From assembly GCA_963796965.1 (NCBI GenBank), contig CAWCNS010000011.1, positions 608,001-672,000 of the forward strand: 64,000 nt of DNA, in the 5' to 3' direction. The position numbers were made by a program, and so were the translations under genes. The notes below the pieces were generated by a model, which worked only from the letters and a program-made list of their open reading frames with translations, had not been told where the DNA came from and made no database searches. The stretch comes from Calditrichia bacterium. Its GTDB lineage: Bacteria > Calditrichota > Calditrichia > JAJRVZ01. Below are positions 33,365 through 43,199 of the stretch, piece after piece; within the stretch, counting starts at the first letter, position 1; the number at the start of each line of letters is the position of its first letter.

Positions 33365-33380
33365 GTCAACTTCCATGCCA
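33365..33380 (-). promoter_or_regulatory. sigma54 (-24/-12) promoter of the candidate sRNA
   Basis: (T)TGGCATGGAAGTTGAC with correct GG-N10-GA spacing. Confidence 0.65.
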
Positions 33381-33485
33381 ATGTTTCAAACAATTCTTCT
33401 TTAGACATAAAGGTCATAGAGGTATTTATATAATATTATTGGAGTTATCTTAGTTAGATGAGAAAAAATTAGAAAATAATAATTG

Positions 33486-33504
33486 ATGTGGAATATTTCC
33501 ACAT
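33486..33504. promoter_or_regulatory. palindromic site, putative enhancer (UAS) for a sigma54 activator
   Basis: ATGTGGAA-TAT-TTCCACAT, a perfect 8-bp inverted repeat ~105-125 bp upstream of the sigma54 box. Confidence 0.45.
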
Positions 33505-33615
33505 GTGTTTGTTTTTATTTAGTTTAATAGATCTCCGAGGCCTCTATGGTATAAATTCTGGCCCGAAGGCGGAGAACTATAATAAAATAGAACAGTGGTG
33601 CGGAAATGAAATAAT

Positions 33616-35071
33616 TTACTCTTTTTGCCAGGTGGGACCTTCAGGTGTGTCTTTCAAGGTAAGACCATGGTCTTTTAACTCATCACGGATCTTGTCAGAG
33701 AGAGCAAAATTTTTCTCTTTACGAAGATCAGTACGGATTCCAAGTACTATCTGCATCACATTTTCAAGATCTTTTTCTGAAGTGTTCTGATTGTCTTTCT
33801 GTGTGATAGTGATTCCTAAAACGCCTTCTAATGTATCTTTTAAAATTTCCTTTAATTCAATCCAGTCGTTTTTGGTGTATTGCTCTTCTGACATATCCAT
33901 TGATTTATTTACTTTATTGATCAAATCAAAGACAGATGCCAAAGCCTGAGGTGTGTTAAAGTCATCATTCATAGCGCTTTGGAAAGAGTTTATAAAACTC
34001 TCTGTTAGTTGGCCGGAAGACTTTTCGTCATCTGAACTGGTTTTTATTCTCTGATTCAGGCGAACTAAAAAAGTTTGAATTTTTTTCAGACCAGAAGTGG
34101 CCGCATCCAGAGCCTTTTCGCTAAAGTCTAGTGCTGAGCGGTAATGGCTCATTAATATAAAATATCGGATAGCCATCGGATCATACTTTTGGACAGCGTC
34201 TTTGATTGTGATAAAATTTTTTAATGATTTACCCATTTTTACACCATCGACTGTCACCATATTATTATGCATCCAATATTTGACAAATTGCTTTTGATAG
34301 GCTCCCTCACTTTGAGCAATTTCACATTCGTGATGAGGAAAAATATTTTCCAAACCACCTCCATGGATATCTATTGTTTCTCCTAAATATTTTGTGGACA
34401 TGGAAGAACATTCAATATGCCATCCCGGATATCCTTCACTCCATGGACTTTTCCAGCGCATGATATGTTCAGGGAGCTGCTTTCTTCCATAAAGCAAAAT
34501 CAGCTGGATGTTTTTTGTCATCGACAACATCAATTCTGGCACCTGCCTCTAATTCATCCACTTTCCTTCCCGACAACTTTCCATACCCCGGGAAACTATG
34601 TACATCAAAGTAGACATTCCCACCAACTTCGTATGCAAGTCCCTTCTCGATTAACGAATTAATCATCTCAATCTGTTCCATTATGTGCCCGGAGGCCCGT
34701 GGGGAAATATCGGGCCTAAGATTACCCAGCTGGTCCATATCCTCAAAATAACTTCTGGTGTAATGTTCAACAACTTCCATGGGATCCAGCTTTTCTAACC
34801 GCGCCTTTTTAGCAATTCGGTCTTCTCCCTCACCTTCGTCACCAAGCATATGGCCAACATCCGTTAGATTCTGGATATACTTTACCTTAAATCCAAGATA
34901 GCGGAGATAACGGACAATAATATCAAAAGAGATATAACTCTTAGCATGACCCAGATGGGAATCATCATACACCGTCGGCCCACAAACATAAATACCGACC
35001 AAGCCTGGTGTTATTGGTTCAAAAGATTCTTTTTTTCTTGTTAATGTATTGTAAATATTAAGATTATCCAT
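33616..35071 (-). CDS. cysS: cysteine--tRNA ligase (frameshift near 34472)
   Basis: YVCGPTVY, HLGH, DFALWK, PGWHIECS, HHECE, KMGKS; span 1456 = 3n+1. Confidence 0.95.
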
Positions 35072-35114
35072 GAATCCCACCTTAGTTCCACTATTTAATT
35101 CAGCGTAAGTTAGG

Positions 35115-35300
35115 TTCTCACGCAAAGACGCTAAGACGCCGAGAAAATTAATTCAAATAAAATATTTAGTAATTTTTATACCATATAATATCAGGTTTAA
35201 ATAATCAATAATTTAAGGAAAATAGATTTTCAAGTATATCAACGATCAAACGATTGTGATTTTTTATCTTTTCCTTTGCGCCTTTGCGTCTCTGCGAGAA
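35115..35300. repeat. bipartite inverted repeat element (CGCAAAGA octamer units) with a central IHF-consensus site
   Basis: ttctcacgcaaagacgctaagacgccgag ... ctttgcgcctttgcgtctctgcgagaa; AATCAATAATTTA at 35203-35215; half copy at 59584-59602. Confidence 0.75.
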
Positions 35301-35321
35301 AAAATAAATATTCAGACATTC

Positions 35322-36758
35322 CTATCTCTCTATTGCCTGGTTAAGATATTTGAGGATCTTCTCTTTACCAAACACCTCTATTACCACTGGCAATTCTGGG
35401 CCTGCTGTCAGGCCGGTCAAAGCTACTCGCACCGGCATCCACAGATCTTTTCCTTTTACACCTGTTTCCATCTGTACCTTAACCATAATCTGTTTAAATC
35501 CGTCCAGAGTAATGTCAGCCTCAGATGCTATTTCCTCTGCGAGGGCTTTAAAAACTTTTTTACTTGATTCACTTTGAATCCAGGGGAGAGCATCTTCCCC
35601 ATACTCTAAATCCCCGTCATTTATAAAGAGACTCACTTTTTCTTTAAGATCACCAAAAGTTTCTAAAGAATTTCTCACTGCCAGCGTGATTTGATCAATT
35701 TTATTACGGGTACCTGAATCTAATTCCAGTTTTTTCATTTCCTCCCGCGCATAAGCAAGATATTTTTCTTTGGGCAATTCTCTGATATAAAGACCGTTCA
35801 TCCATTTTAACTTTTCCTGATTAAAAACGGCACCGGATTTACTCACACGATCCAAAGAAAAATCGGAGACCAGTTCATCCATTGAAAATATCTCTTGGTC
35901 ATCCCCGCGGTTCCAACCCAGCAATGCCACAAAATTAATCAGTGATTCGGGAAGATATCCCTTATTACGATAATCCTCAACCGCAACATCTCCCTGTCTT
36001 TTGCTCAATTTACTGCGATCGGGATTTAGCAGAAGTGGTAAATGGGCAAAAGCGGGTAACTCCCAGTTCAGATAGTGATAGAGTAGAATATGCTTGGGTG
36101 TGCTGATCAACCATTCCTCTCCACGAATCACATGCGATATTTTCATATAATGATCATCAACCACATTTGCTAAATGATAGGTGGGAAAACCATCACTTTT
36201 TATTAATACCTGATCATCAATCATTTCATTCTGAAAATCAACTTTTCCCCTGATTAAATCCTGGACCGATGTTATACCATCGGCTGGTATTTTCAGGCGA
36301 ATGACGTGTTCTTCATTTTTTCGTCTTTTCTCTGCCTCCGTTGGAGAAATTTGCCGACAATGGCCATCGTATTTAGGAGTTATTTTTCGATTTATCTGAT
36401 CTTCGCGCATTTTCTCCAAACGGTCTGCAGTACAAAAACAAGGATAGGCATTTTTTTGATCTATTAATTCTTCCGCATACTTTTTATATAATTCAGTTCG
36501 CTGTGATTGGTAATAGGGGCCAAAATCTGTCTCCTTGTCTGGTCCTTCATCATATTCCAAACCACTCCACTGAAGCGTATCAAGTAGGTTTTCTACCGCT
36601 CCTTCTGTATAGCGGGCCTGATCCGTGTCTTCAACGCGTAGAACAAATTTGCCATTATGATTTTTTGCAAATAAATAATTATATAATGCTGTACGCAGAC
36701 TGCCTACATGAACGAACCCCGTAGGACTTGGCGCAAAACGAACACGTACATTACTCAA
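35322..36758 (-). CDS. gltX: glutamate--tRNA ligase
   Basis: RFAPSPTG, HVGS, PTYHLANVVDD, RGEEW, KLSKR. Confidence 0.97.
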   Translation of the reverse strand: MSNVRVRFAPSPTGFVHVGSLRTALYNYLFAKNHNGKFVLRVEDTDQARYTEGAVENLLDTLQWSGLEYDEGPDKETDFGPYYQSQRTELYKKYAEELIDQKNAYPCFCTADRLEKMREDQINRKITPKYDGHCRQISPTEAEKRRKNEEHVIRLKIPADGITSVQDLIRGKVDFQNEMIDDQVLIKSDGFPTYHLANVVDDHYMKISHVIRGEEWLISTPKHILLYHYLNWELPAFAHLPLLLNPDRSKLSKRQGDVAVEDYRNKGYLPESLINFVALLGWNRGDDQEIFSMDELVSDFSLDRVSKSGAVFNQEKLKWMNGLYIRELPKEKYLAYAREEMKKLELDSGTRNKIDQITLAVRNSLETFGDLKEKVSLFINDGDLEYGEDALPWIQSESSKKVFKALAEEIASEADITLDGFKQIMVKVQMETGVKGKDLWMPVRVALTGLTAGPELPVVIEVFGKEKILKYLNQAIER

Positions 36759-37387
36759 TATATTTCTCCCTCAGAATTCTTATCTTGAATATTCTGTTTC
36801 TTTTTTCGGTAAATGATATATCCAACAACTAAGATCGTCAATCCTATTAATACTATGTTGTACTGAGAAATAATATCCGTGATTATTTCCCAATTGTTAC
36901 CGACAAGCATCCCGGCCATTATTAAAAGTCCATTCCAAATGGCCGCACTCACAAATGACAATCCCAAGACAATTATAAAATTAAGATGGAAAAAGCCGGC
37001 GAAAAGCGATATGACACTTCTTGTTCCTGATAAAAATCGATTGGCAAAAATGACCCAATAGCCCCATTTACTAAACCATATCTCAACTTTATTAATCTGT
37101 TCTTCTTTAAATATTCGCGCTCTTGAATCTTTATAGATAAATGAACGACCAAAATGTCTTCCTAAGAGAAACATGGTAATAAAACCGGCCACACTGCCAA
37201 GGGTTGTCGCAAGATAAACGCCCATAAACGTTAATTGACCAATTGAAACGAGATAGGCCCCCAGAACAACAACCGTGTCTCCCGGAACCGGAGGGAGTAC
37301 ATTTTCGACAAAAGCACTGACAGCCAGGATAAGGTAGGCCATTGTCGGACTGATCTGATCAAACAAGGTCTGAAGATTTTCAATCAT
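36755..37387 (-). CDS. dedA: DedA-family membrane protein
   Basis: ENVLPPVPGD, F.LGR.FG, NRFLSGTR...AG. Confidence 0.88.
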   Translation of the reverse strand: MIENLQTLFDQISPTMAYLILAVSAFVENVLPPVPGDTVVVLGAYLVSIGQLTFMGVYLATTLGSVAGFITMFLLGRHFGRSFIYKDSRARIFKEEQINKVEIWFSKWGYWVIFANRFLSGTRSVISLFAGFFHLNFIIVLGLSFVSAAIWNGLLIMAGMLVGNNWEIITDIISQYNIVLIGLTILVVGYIIYRKKKQNIQDKNSEGEIY

Positions 37388-37395
37388 AATGATCG

Positions 37396-37869
37396 TTACC
37401 TTGGCTTAAGAAGGGCGATGGCATAACAGATAGCGCCTTCGCCACGACCAACAAATCCCAGGCCTTCTCCGCGTGTGGCTTTTACATTGACTTGATGTGG
37501 TTTCAAAAAAAGGTTTCGGGCAATATTTTTTACAATTTCACTTTTAAACGGTGATATTTTCGGTTTTTCAAGCACAATCGAAATATCAATATTTACAATT
37601 TCAAACTTTTCAAAATGGATTTTCCTCTCTGTTTCCTGCAAAAACCCAAGGCTGTCATAATCCTTATATTTTTCATCCGTGTCAGGAAAATGTTCGCCTA
37701 TATCCCCCAGACCGGCAGCCCCTAATAATGAATCAACAACCGCATGTGAAACAACATCAGCATCAGAGTGGCCACTCAACCCTAATTCTGAAGGAATATG
37801 AACACCGCCCAATATTAAGGGCCGGTCCTTGACAAGAGGATGAATATCATATCCGAATCCAATACGCAT
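37396..37869 (-). CDS. ispF: 2-C-methyl-D-erythritol 2,4-cyclodiphosphate synthase
   Basis: RIGFGYDIH, GHSDADV..HA, GDIG.HFP, VKATRGE. Confidence 0.97.
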   Translation of the reverse strand: MRIGFGYDIHPLVKDRPLILGGVHIPSELGLSGHSDADVVSHAVVDSLLGAAGLGDIGEHFPDTDEKYKDYDSLGFLQETERKIHFEKFEIVNIDISIVLEKPKISPFKSEIVKNIARNLFLKPHQVNVKATRGEGLGFVGRGEGAICYAIALLKPR

Positions 37870-38558
37870 TAGTTGATTCCTTCCTGATCAAAAATCCGGG
37901 CAATTTTTAAATCTTCTTCTGTCGTGATTTTAATGTTGGAATAGCTGCCCATAACCACCCTCACCGAATATCCACACCATTCGACTAATGCTGCTTCATC
38001 AGTTGAATAGTAGCGGGCCTCTTTCGCTTTCTTATGAGCCTCTTTTAATATATGATATTTGAAGGTTTGAGGTGTTTGAATTTGCCAGAGATCTTCCCTG
38101 GGGATCGTTTCCTGCACCTCTTGATCCATTACACGTTTAATGGTTTCTTTGACGGGGACTGCTATCACACAAGCACCGGAATCGGCGGCCGTCTGAATTG
38201 AGACATCAATCATCTGGGTTGTTAGAAATGGACGGACACCATCATGGACCATAACAATATCTGTCTCTGAAGGTATAGCCTCCAAACCTTTATAAACAGA
38301 GTCTTGCCGCTCATTGCCACCGGCTACGATTTTAAATTTCTGTGAAAAATCCTCTATATTTGATAGTAGCTGACGGGTGTTTTCGATTTCATTTGCTGCT
38401 GCCACAACCACACCGTGATGAATCGATGGCAGAGAGACAAATTTTCTAGTTGTGATGGAAATGATTGGTTCATCGTTGAGTTTCAGATATTGTTTGGGCA
38501 CGGGGCCACCTAATCGTGTGCCCCTGCCCGCGACGGGTATGATTGCAGAAACAATCAT
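37869..38558 (-). CDS. ispD: 2-C-methyl-D-erythritol 4-phosphate cytidylyltransferase
   Basis: AGRGTRLG..PKQY, GGNERQDSV, VHDGVRP, QTPQTF, NIKITT. Confidence 0.96.
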   Translation of the reverse strand: MIVSAIIPVAGRGTRLGGPVPKQYLKLNDEPIISITTRKFVSLPSIHHGVVVAAANEIENTRQLLSNIEDFSQKFKIVAGGNERQDSVYKGLEAIPSETDIVMVHDGVRPFLTTQMIDVSIQTAADSGACVIAVPVKETIKRVMDQEVQETIPREDLWQIQTPQTFKYHILKEAHKKAKEARYYSTDEAALVEWCGYSVRVVMGSYSNIKITTEEDLKIARIFDQEGIN

Positions 38559-38559
38559 C

Positions 38560-39591
38560 TCACAGAATCAACATTGCATCGCCATAGCTGAAAAAGCGAT
38601 ATTTCTCTGCAATAGCTTCCTCATATGCAGTTTTAGCCAGATCATAGCCACAAAAAGTACAAACCAAAATATAAAGGGTTGATTGGGATTGGTGGAAATT
38701 GGTAATCAGACCGTCTACCATTTTAAATGAATAGGGCGGAAAAATAAATTTATCTGTCCAGCCGCTGGATGCTTTCACTTTCTTGTCAGGAATTGCTGCT
38801 GTTTCCAACACCCTAACTGTCGTCGTTCCAACAGCAATTATTTTACCACCATTTTTCTTTACCTGATTTATCCTCTCAGCTGAATCCTCTGACAACTCAT
38901 AATATTCTGAATCCATCTGATGTCGGCTTAAATCTTCAACCTGTACAGGTCTGAATGTACCAAGTCCAACATGCAATACTAAGGGAATTACATCGACTCC
39001 CTTTTGCTTGAGTTTCTCAATTATGTCATCGGTAAAGTGCAATCCTGCTGTAGGAGCAGCGACAGCACCCGTTTTTTTGGCATATATTGTCTGGTACCGC
39101 TCTTTATCAATGGCTTCCGTATCACGTTTGATATAGGGCGGTAATGGTGAATTTCCAACTTCTTCCACTAAATCAAAGAAATCTTTACCGTTATCATCAA
39201 ATTTTACTACCCGACCTCCTGAGATTGTATTATCGATGACATCGCAACCTATTGTATCGGCAATAACCAATCGATTACCGATACGTACTTTCCTTGCAGG
39301 TTTCACCAAAACTTCCCACATGGTATCTTCCAACTGACGTAACAACAGTACTTCAACCTGTGCATTGGTTTTTTCCTTAAATCCGATTAATCTTGCGGGA
39401 AACACCTTAGTCTCATTAACCACCAAAGCATCCCCCGGATTTAAGTGATCAATAATACCTGAGAAATCATGATGCCCAATCGATTTATCTTCCCGGCCAA
39501 GTAGCATCATCCGGGAATCCCCCCTCTCGACAGATGGGTATTGTGCAATTAATTCTTCAGGTAAATCATATTTAAAATCAGTTAATTTCAT
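38560..39591 (-). CDS. queA: SAM:tRNA ribosyltransferase-isomerase
   Basis: LIAQYP, PLPPYI, YQT, AVAAPTAGLHF, LHVGLGTF, FFSYGD. Confidence 0.97.
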   Translation of the reverse strand: MKLTDFKYDLPEELIAQYPSVERGDSRMMLLGREDKSIGHHDFSGIIDHLNPGDALVVNETKVFPARLIGFKEKTNAQVEVLLLRQLEDTMWEVLVKPARKVRIGNRLVIADTIGCDVIDNTISGGRVVKFDDNGKDFFDLVEEVGNSPLPPYIKRDTEAIDKERYQTIYAKKTGAVAAPTAGLHFTDDIIEKLKQKGVDVIPLVLHVGLGTFRPVQVEDLSRHQMDSEYYELSEDSAERINQVKKNGGKIIAVGTTTVRVLETAAIPDKKVKASSGWTDKFIFPPYSFKMVDGLITNFHQSQSTLYILVCTFCGYDLAKTAYEEAIAEKYRFFSYGDAMLIL

Positions 39592-39607
39592 CACGCGCCT
39601 CTGCTTT

Positions 39608-40642
39608 TTATTGTTGTTCAGAGAACAAGTCTCTTGGTTTATTAGTATTTTTAGGAGCTGGCATTTTAAAATGCTCATACGCAAGGAGTGTCGCCTCTCT
39701 TCCCCTGGATGTTCTTTTTAAATACCCCTGTTGTATGAGGTAGGGTTCATAGACCTCCTCAATCGTGTGACTTTCTTCACTGACCGCCACCGCAATCGTG
39801 CCTACGCCCACCGGACCGCCATTATATTTTTCAATGATTGTCATAAGAATCTTTTTATCCATTTCATCAAATCCACGTGAATCAACTTCTAACCTTTCCA
39901 GGGCATTTGAAGCAACAGATTTATTGATTTTATTATCCGCCTCAACCTGGGCAAAATCCCTCACACGTCTCAACAATCTGTTTGCCACCCGCGGTGTTCC
40001 CCGTGAACGACCGGCTATTTCCATTGCTCCATCATCATCAATATGAATATCTAATATTTTAGCTGACCTTTTGATGATCTGAAATATATCAGCTGCTTCA
40101 TAATAGTTGAGCCTTAATACGACGCCAAATCGTGCCCGCAATGGCGAGCTCAATAAACCAGCCCTCGTTGTTGCCCCGACCAGGGTAAAGGGACTCAAAT
40201 TCAACTTTATAGATCGTGCATTCGGCCCTTTATCAATCATAATATCCAGGTAAAAATCTTCCATGGCTGAGTAAAGGTACTCTTCTACAACTGTATTGGA
40301 GCGATGAATCTCATCTATAAATAGAACATCGTGATCCTGCAAATTCGTTAGAACACCAGCCAGATCACCAGCCTTTTCTAAAACCGGACCACTCGTCGAC
40401 ATGATCTGGGCCTGCAATTCCTGGCTGATTATATTCGCCAGGGTCGTTTTTCCCAGGCCTGGTGGACCATGCAATAGAACATGATCGAGCGCCTCTTGTC
40501 GTTCTTTTGTTGCACGGATAAACACAGCCAGATTTTCTTTTAAACGGTCCTGGCCAATAAAATCTGCCAGCTTCTGTGGTCTTAATGAAAGATCAAGATC
40601 GAGATCTTCATCAATTTTATCAGGCGTAATCAGATTCCGCAT
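39608..40642 (-). CDS. ruvB: Holliday junction branch migration helicase RuvB
   Basis: [33 protein letters not shown]. Confidence 0.98.
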   Translation of the reverse strand: MRNLITPDKIDEDLDLDLSLRPQKLADFIGQDRLKENLAVFIRATKERQEALDHVLLHGPPGLGKTTLANIISQELQAQIMSTSGPVLEKAGDLAGVLTNLQDHDVLFIDEIHRSNTVVEEYLYSAMEDFYLDIMIDKGPNARSIKLNLSPFTLVGATTRAGLLSSPLRARFGVVLRLNYYEAADIFQIIKRSAKILDIHIDDDGAMEIAGRSRGTPRVANRLLRRVRDFAQVEADNKINKSVASNALERLEVDSRGFDEMDKKILMTIIEKYNGGPVGVGTIAVAVSEESHTIEEVYEPYLIQQGYLKRTSRGREATLLAYEHFKMPAPKNTNKPRDLFSEQQ

Positions 40643-40702
40643 TTGCGCTCTCTGTTTTATAATAAAACTTGATTGCTCACATAAAATAAAATCTCAACTG
40701 AA

Positions 40703-40763
40703 GTCAACCTGAACTTGTTTCAGGTTCTATTTTAAGTAGATTCCGAAACAAGTTCGGAATGAC
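40703..40763. repeat. GTC-tagged REP doublet
   Basis: gtcaacctgaacttgtttcaggttct and inverted agattccgaaacaagttcggaatgac; each half is itself a hairpin. Confidence 0.8.
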
Positions 40764-40827
40764 GCCCTAATCGTAAGCGCGTATGATGATGATCTGTCAA
40801 ACGCAAATACGTACCGCTACTTTAGGT

Positions 40828-41427
40828 TCAGATAACCTGCAAAGCTCTTTTTATTAACTCTTCAGCGGTATCAACTTTTCCGATAGATCTTACTTTCATT
40901 AGGGCTTTTTCAATATTTCCTCGTTTATAACCTAATGAAATAAGTGCCAAAACCGTTTCCTCTTCTAACGAGCTTAGAACAGGAAGGATAACTTTCTTAT
41001 CCAGGTTTTCCTGAATCAATCCTAACTGAGAAAACTTCTCTTTCAGTTCCACAATCAAACGTTGTCCAGTTTTCGGACCTATACCGCTCACTGAGGTAAG
41101 ACGGGGCAAATCTCCATTTTGAATAGCCAGAATCAGCTCATCGAGTTGAATGCCTGACAATATCGTTTGTGCCAACCTCGGGCCAATTCCAGATACCGAA
41201 ATTAAGGCTATAAATACAGACCGCTCTTCCACTTTTGAGAAACCAAAAAACTGCAATGCATCTTCTCTTACATGCAAATATGTCTTTAGGGTCACTCGCC
41301 CGCCCACATCAGGAAGATCTTTGTAAGTATTCGTGCTAATCAGCAAGAAATACCCCATACCGGCATTTTCAATTACGACCTGCGTAGGATTTTTATCAGC
41401 AATGGTACCGGAAATAAAATCTATCAT
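40828..41427 (-). CDS. ruvA: Holliday junction branch migration protein RuvA
   Basis: HVRED, VSGIGP, SGIGPKT.QRLIVELK, LISLGY. Confidence 0.97.
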   Translation of the reverse strand: MIDFISGTIADKNPTQVVIENAGMGYFLLISTNTYKDLPDVGGRVTLKTYLHVREDALQFFGFSKVEERSVFIALISVSGIGPRLAQTILSGIQLDELILAIQNGDLPRLTSVSGIGPKTGQRLIVELKEKFSQLGLIQENLDKKVILPVLSSLEEETVLALISLGYKRGNIEKALMKVRSIGKVDTAEELIKRALQVI

Positions 41428-41927
41428 CGACCCTTTAACTTATCATTCAGACGGTGATAATGACAAAGTGCAACGGCTAATGCATCAGAGGCATCGTCTG
41501 GTGTAATGTCCTCCTTTAACCGCAGTATATTTTTAACCATAAAATGAACTTGATCTTTGGAAGCATTGCCCCTGCCTACAACGGCCAATTTTACCTCACG
41601 TGGTGAATATTCTGCTGGTTCAACCCCCAAATTCATTGGAGCGAGTAAGGCAATCCCCCGGGCCTGTCCCATAACAATGGCAGTTTTAACATTATCACTA
41701 TAAAAGATATCCTCAACAGCAACGAAATCGGGATGATACTGTGTAATGATGTCGGTCAGGCCATTATATATTTGCTTTAATCGATGAGGAAGTGGTTTAT
41801 TTCGTGTGGTTCTGACACATCCGTAGTAACAGAGATTTACTTCTCTTTTTTCCGAAACATCAATTATACCAAGACCCGTAATCATAGAACCCGGATCAAT
41901 ACCTAAAACTCTGATACCTGATGACAA
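41424..41927 (-). CDS. ruvC: crossover junction endodeoxyribonuclease RuvC
   Basis: LGIDPG, AVE, VK.AVVG.G.ASK.QV, DDASDALA. Confidence 0.97.
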   Translation of the reverse strand: MSSGIRVLGIDPGSMITGLGIIDVSEKREVNLCYYGCVRTTRNKPLPHRLKQIYNGLTDIITQYHPDFVAVEDIFYSDNVKTAIVMGQARGIALLAPMNLGVEPAEYSPREVKLAVVGRGNASKDQVHFMVKNILRLKEDITPDDASDALAVALCHYHRLNDKLKGR

Positions 41928-42680
41928 TTATTCAGCAACCTTCGCCAAAACTTCATCATCAATATCAAAATTTGCATAGACATCCTGTATATCATCGTGA
42001 TCATCAAGAATGTCCATCAATTTAATCATTTGTTCTGCAGATTTGTCTTCCAGTTTAACTGTATTTTGGGGAATCATTGTTCGTTCAGCAGTAGCAACAA
42101 TCACACTACTTTCTTCCAGGGCAGATTGTACCGTTTCCAGATTGTCAGATTCCGTGTAGATATCATAGAATTCATCATCATCAGTCTTCATGTCCTCTGC
42201 GCCTGCATCTACAGAAATCAGAAAAAGCTCTTCCTCATCATAATTCTCTTTTGAAACGCGTAATAATCCTTTTTTCTCAAACATCCAGGCAACACATCCG
42301 GTTTCGCCCAAATTTCCACCGTATTTACTCAAAAGATGTCTAATCTCTGCCACCGTACGGTTTTTATTATCTGTAAGTATATTTAAATACAAAGCAACGC
42401 CAGCAGGACCATATCCCTCATACACAACCTCATCATACACCACACCGGGCAGTTCACCAGTCCCCTTCATAATTGCATTTTCAATATTTTTGGCAGGCAT
42501 ATTAGCACCCTTCGCCGCCTGAACTGCAGTCCGCAGACGTGGATTCATATCGATATCTCCACCTCCCATACGCGCTGCAACAGTAATTTCTTTAATTACA
42601 CGTGTAAAAATTTTGCCCCGTGCTGCATCAGCGCGGGCTTTTTTATGTTTAATTGAAGACCATTTTGAGTGACCGGACAT
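41928..42680 (-). CDS. yebC: YebC/PmpR-family protein
   Basis: MSGHSKW, NPRLR, YEGYGP, TDNKNRT, DDIQDVYAN. Confidence 0.96.
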   Translation of the reverse strand: MSGHSKWSSIKHKKARADAARGKIFTRVIKEITVAARMGGGDIDMNPRLRTAVQAAKGANMPAKNIENAIMKGTGELPGVVYDEVVYEGYGPAGVALYLNILTDNKNRTVAEIRHLLSKYGGNLGETGCVAWMFEKKGLLRVSKENYDEEELFLISVDAGAEDMKTDDDEFYDIYTESDNLETVQSALEESSVIVATAERTMIPQNTVKLEDKSAEQMIKLMDILDDHDDIQDVYANFDIDDEVLAKVAE

Positions 42681-42705
42681 ATTCAACCCTCCAAATCTTG
42701 AACGG

Positions 42706-42713
42706 CAAATTTA
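42706..42713 (-). promoter_or_regulatory. FCB-type -7 promoter element (TAAATTTG) of the yebC-ruv operon
   Basis: TAnnTTTG about 26 nt upstream of ATG 42680. Confidence 0.5.
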
Positions 42714-43199
42714 ATAAACTTTTTAGGCCATTCCAAATCAAAAGCCCGCATATAAAATCCCCTTCATCTCCATAATATAATTGGATTTATACAGATACTG
42801 AATCATTAAAATCTATCCAAGAATTATTTCCTAATAGAATTAGTAAGCCTGAATACAATTGCGTTATCAGATGGGAATATTTAAATTTAGATTTGGTTTA
42901 ATCATTTTCATGGGATGCAAAGAAGGGAATAATACCCTTTATTGGTGTTGTTGCAGTATCGGTTAATTTGCACAATTCTTAGTGTAGTCCCGTATGATGG
43001 GATCTCCTCCTTGGAAAGGAGGAATAGATATTGCTTAGTTCGATAAGATCAAAACATTTTTATGTCAAAATTAACTCATCTGTAACAGCCCCAATTAAGG
43101 GAGATTAAATTCTTGGTTATATGTTACTTGTGCTCTTAAAAGTTAATTATTTTATAAATTGATCAGGCTAAACAATTCATAACAATGGAGGAATTTTCA

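Noticed and set aside
33167..33376. Minus-strand 69-aa ORF over the sRNA
   Set aside because: It starts inside the sigma54 box, has no RBS, and reads through the hairpin and U-tract
33320..33433. Plus-strand 37-aa ORF (MGVNYQHS...) behind a perfect AAGGAGG, a possible type I toxin or small protein
   Set aside because: The SD is only 2 nt from the ATG and the peptide has no clear TM helix. The promoter, G-U pair and U-tract all favour a minus-strand RNA. Ribo-seq could overturn this.
33616..35071. Programmed frameshifting or true pseudogenes for the split genes
   Set aside because: No shared slippery motif, an essential gene is affected, and the strong +1 bias fits sequencing error
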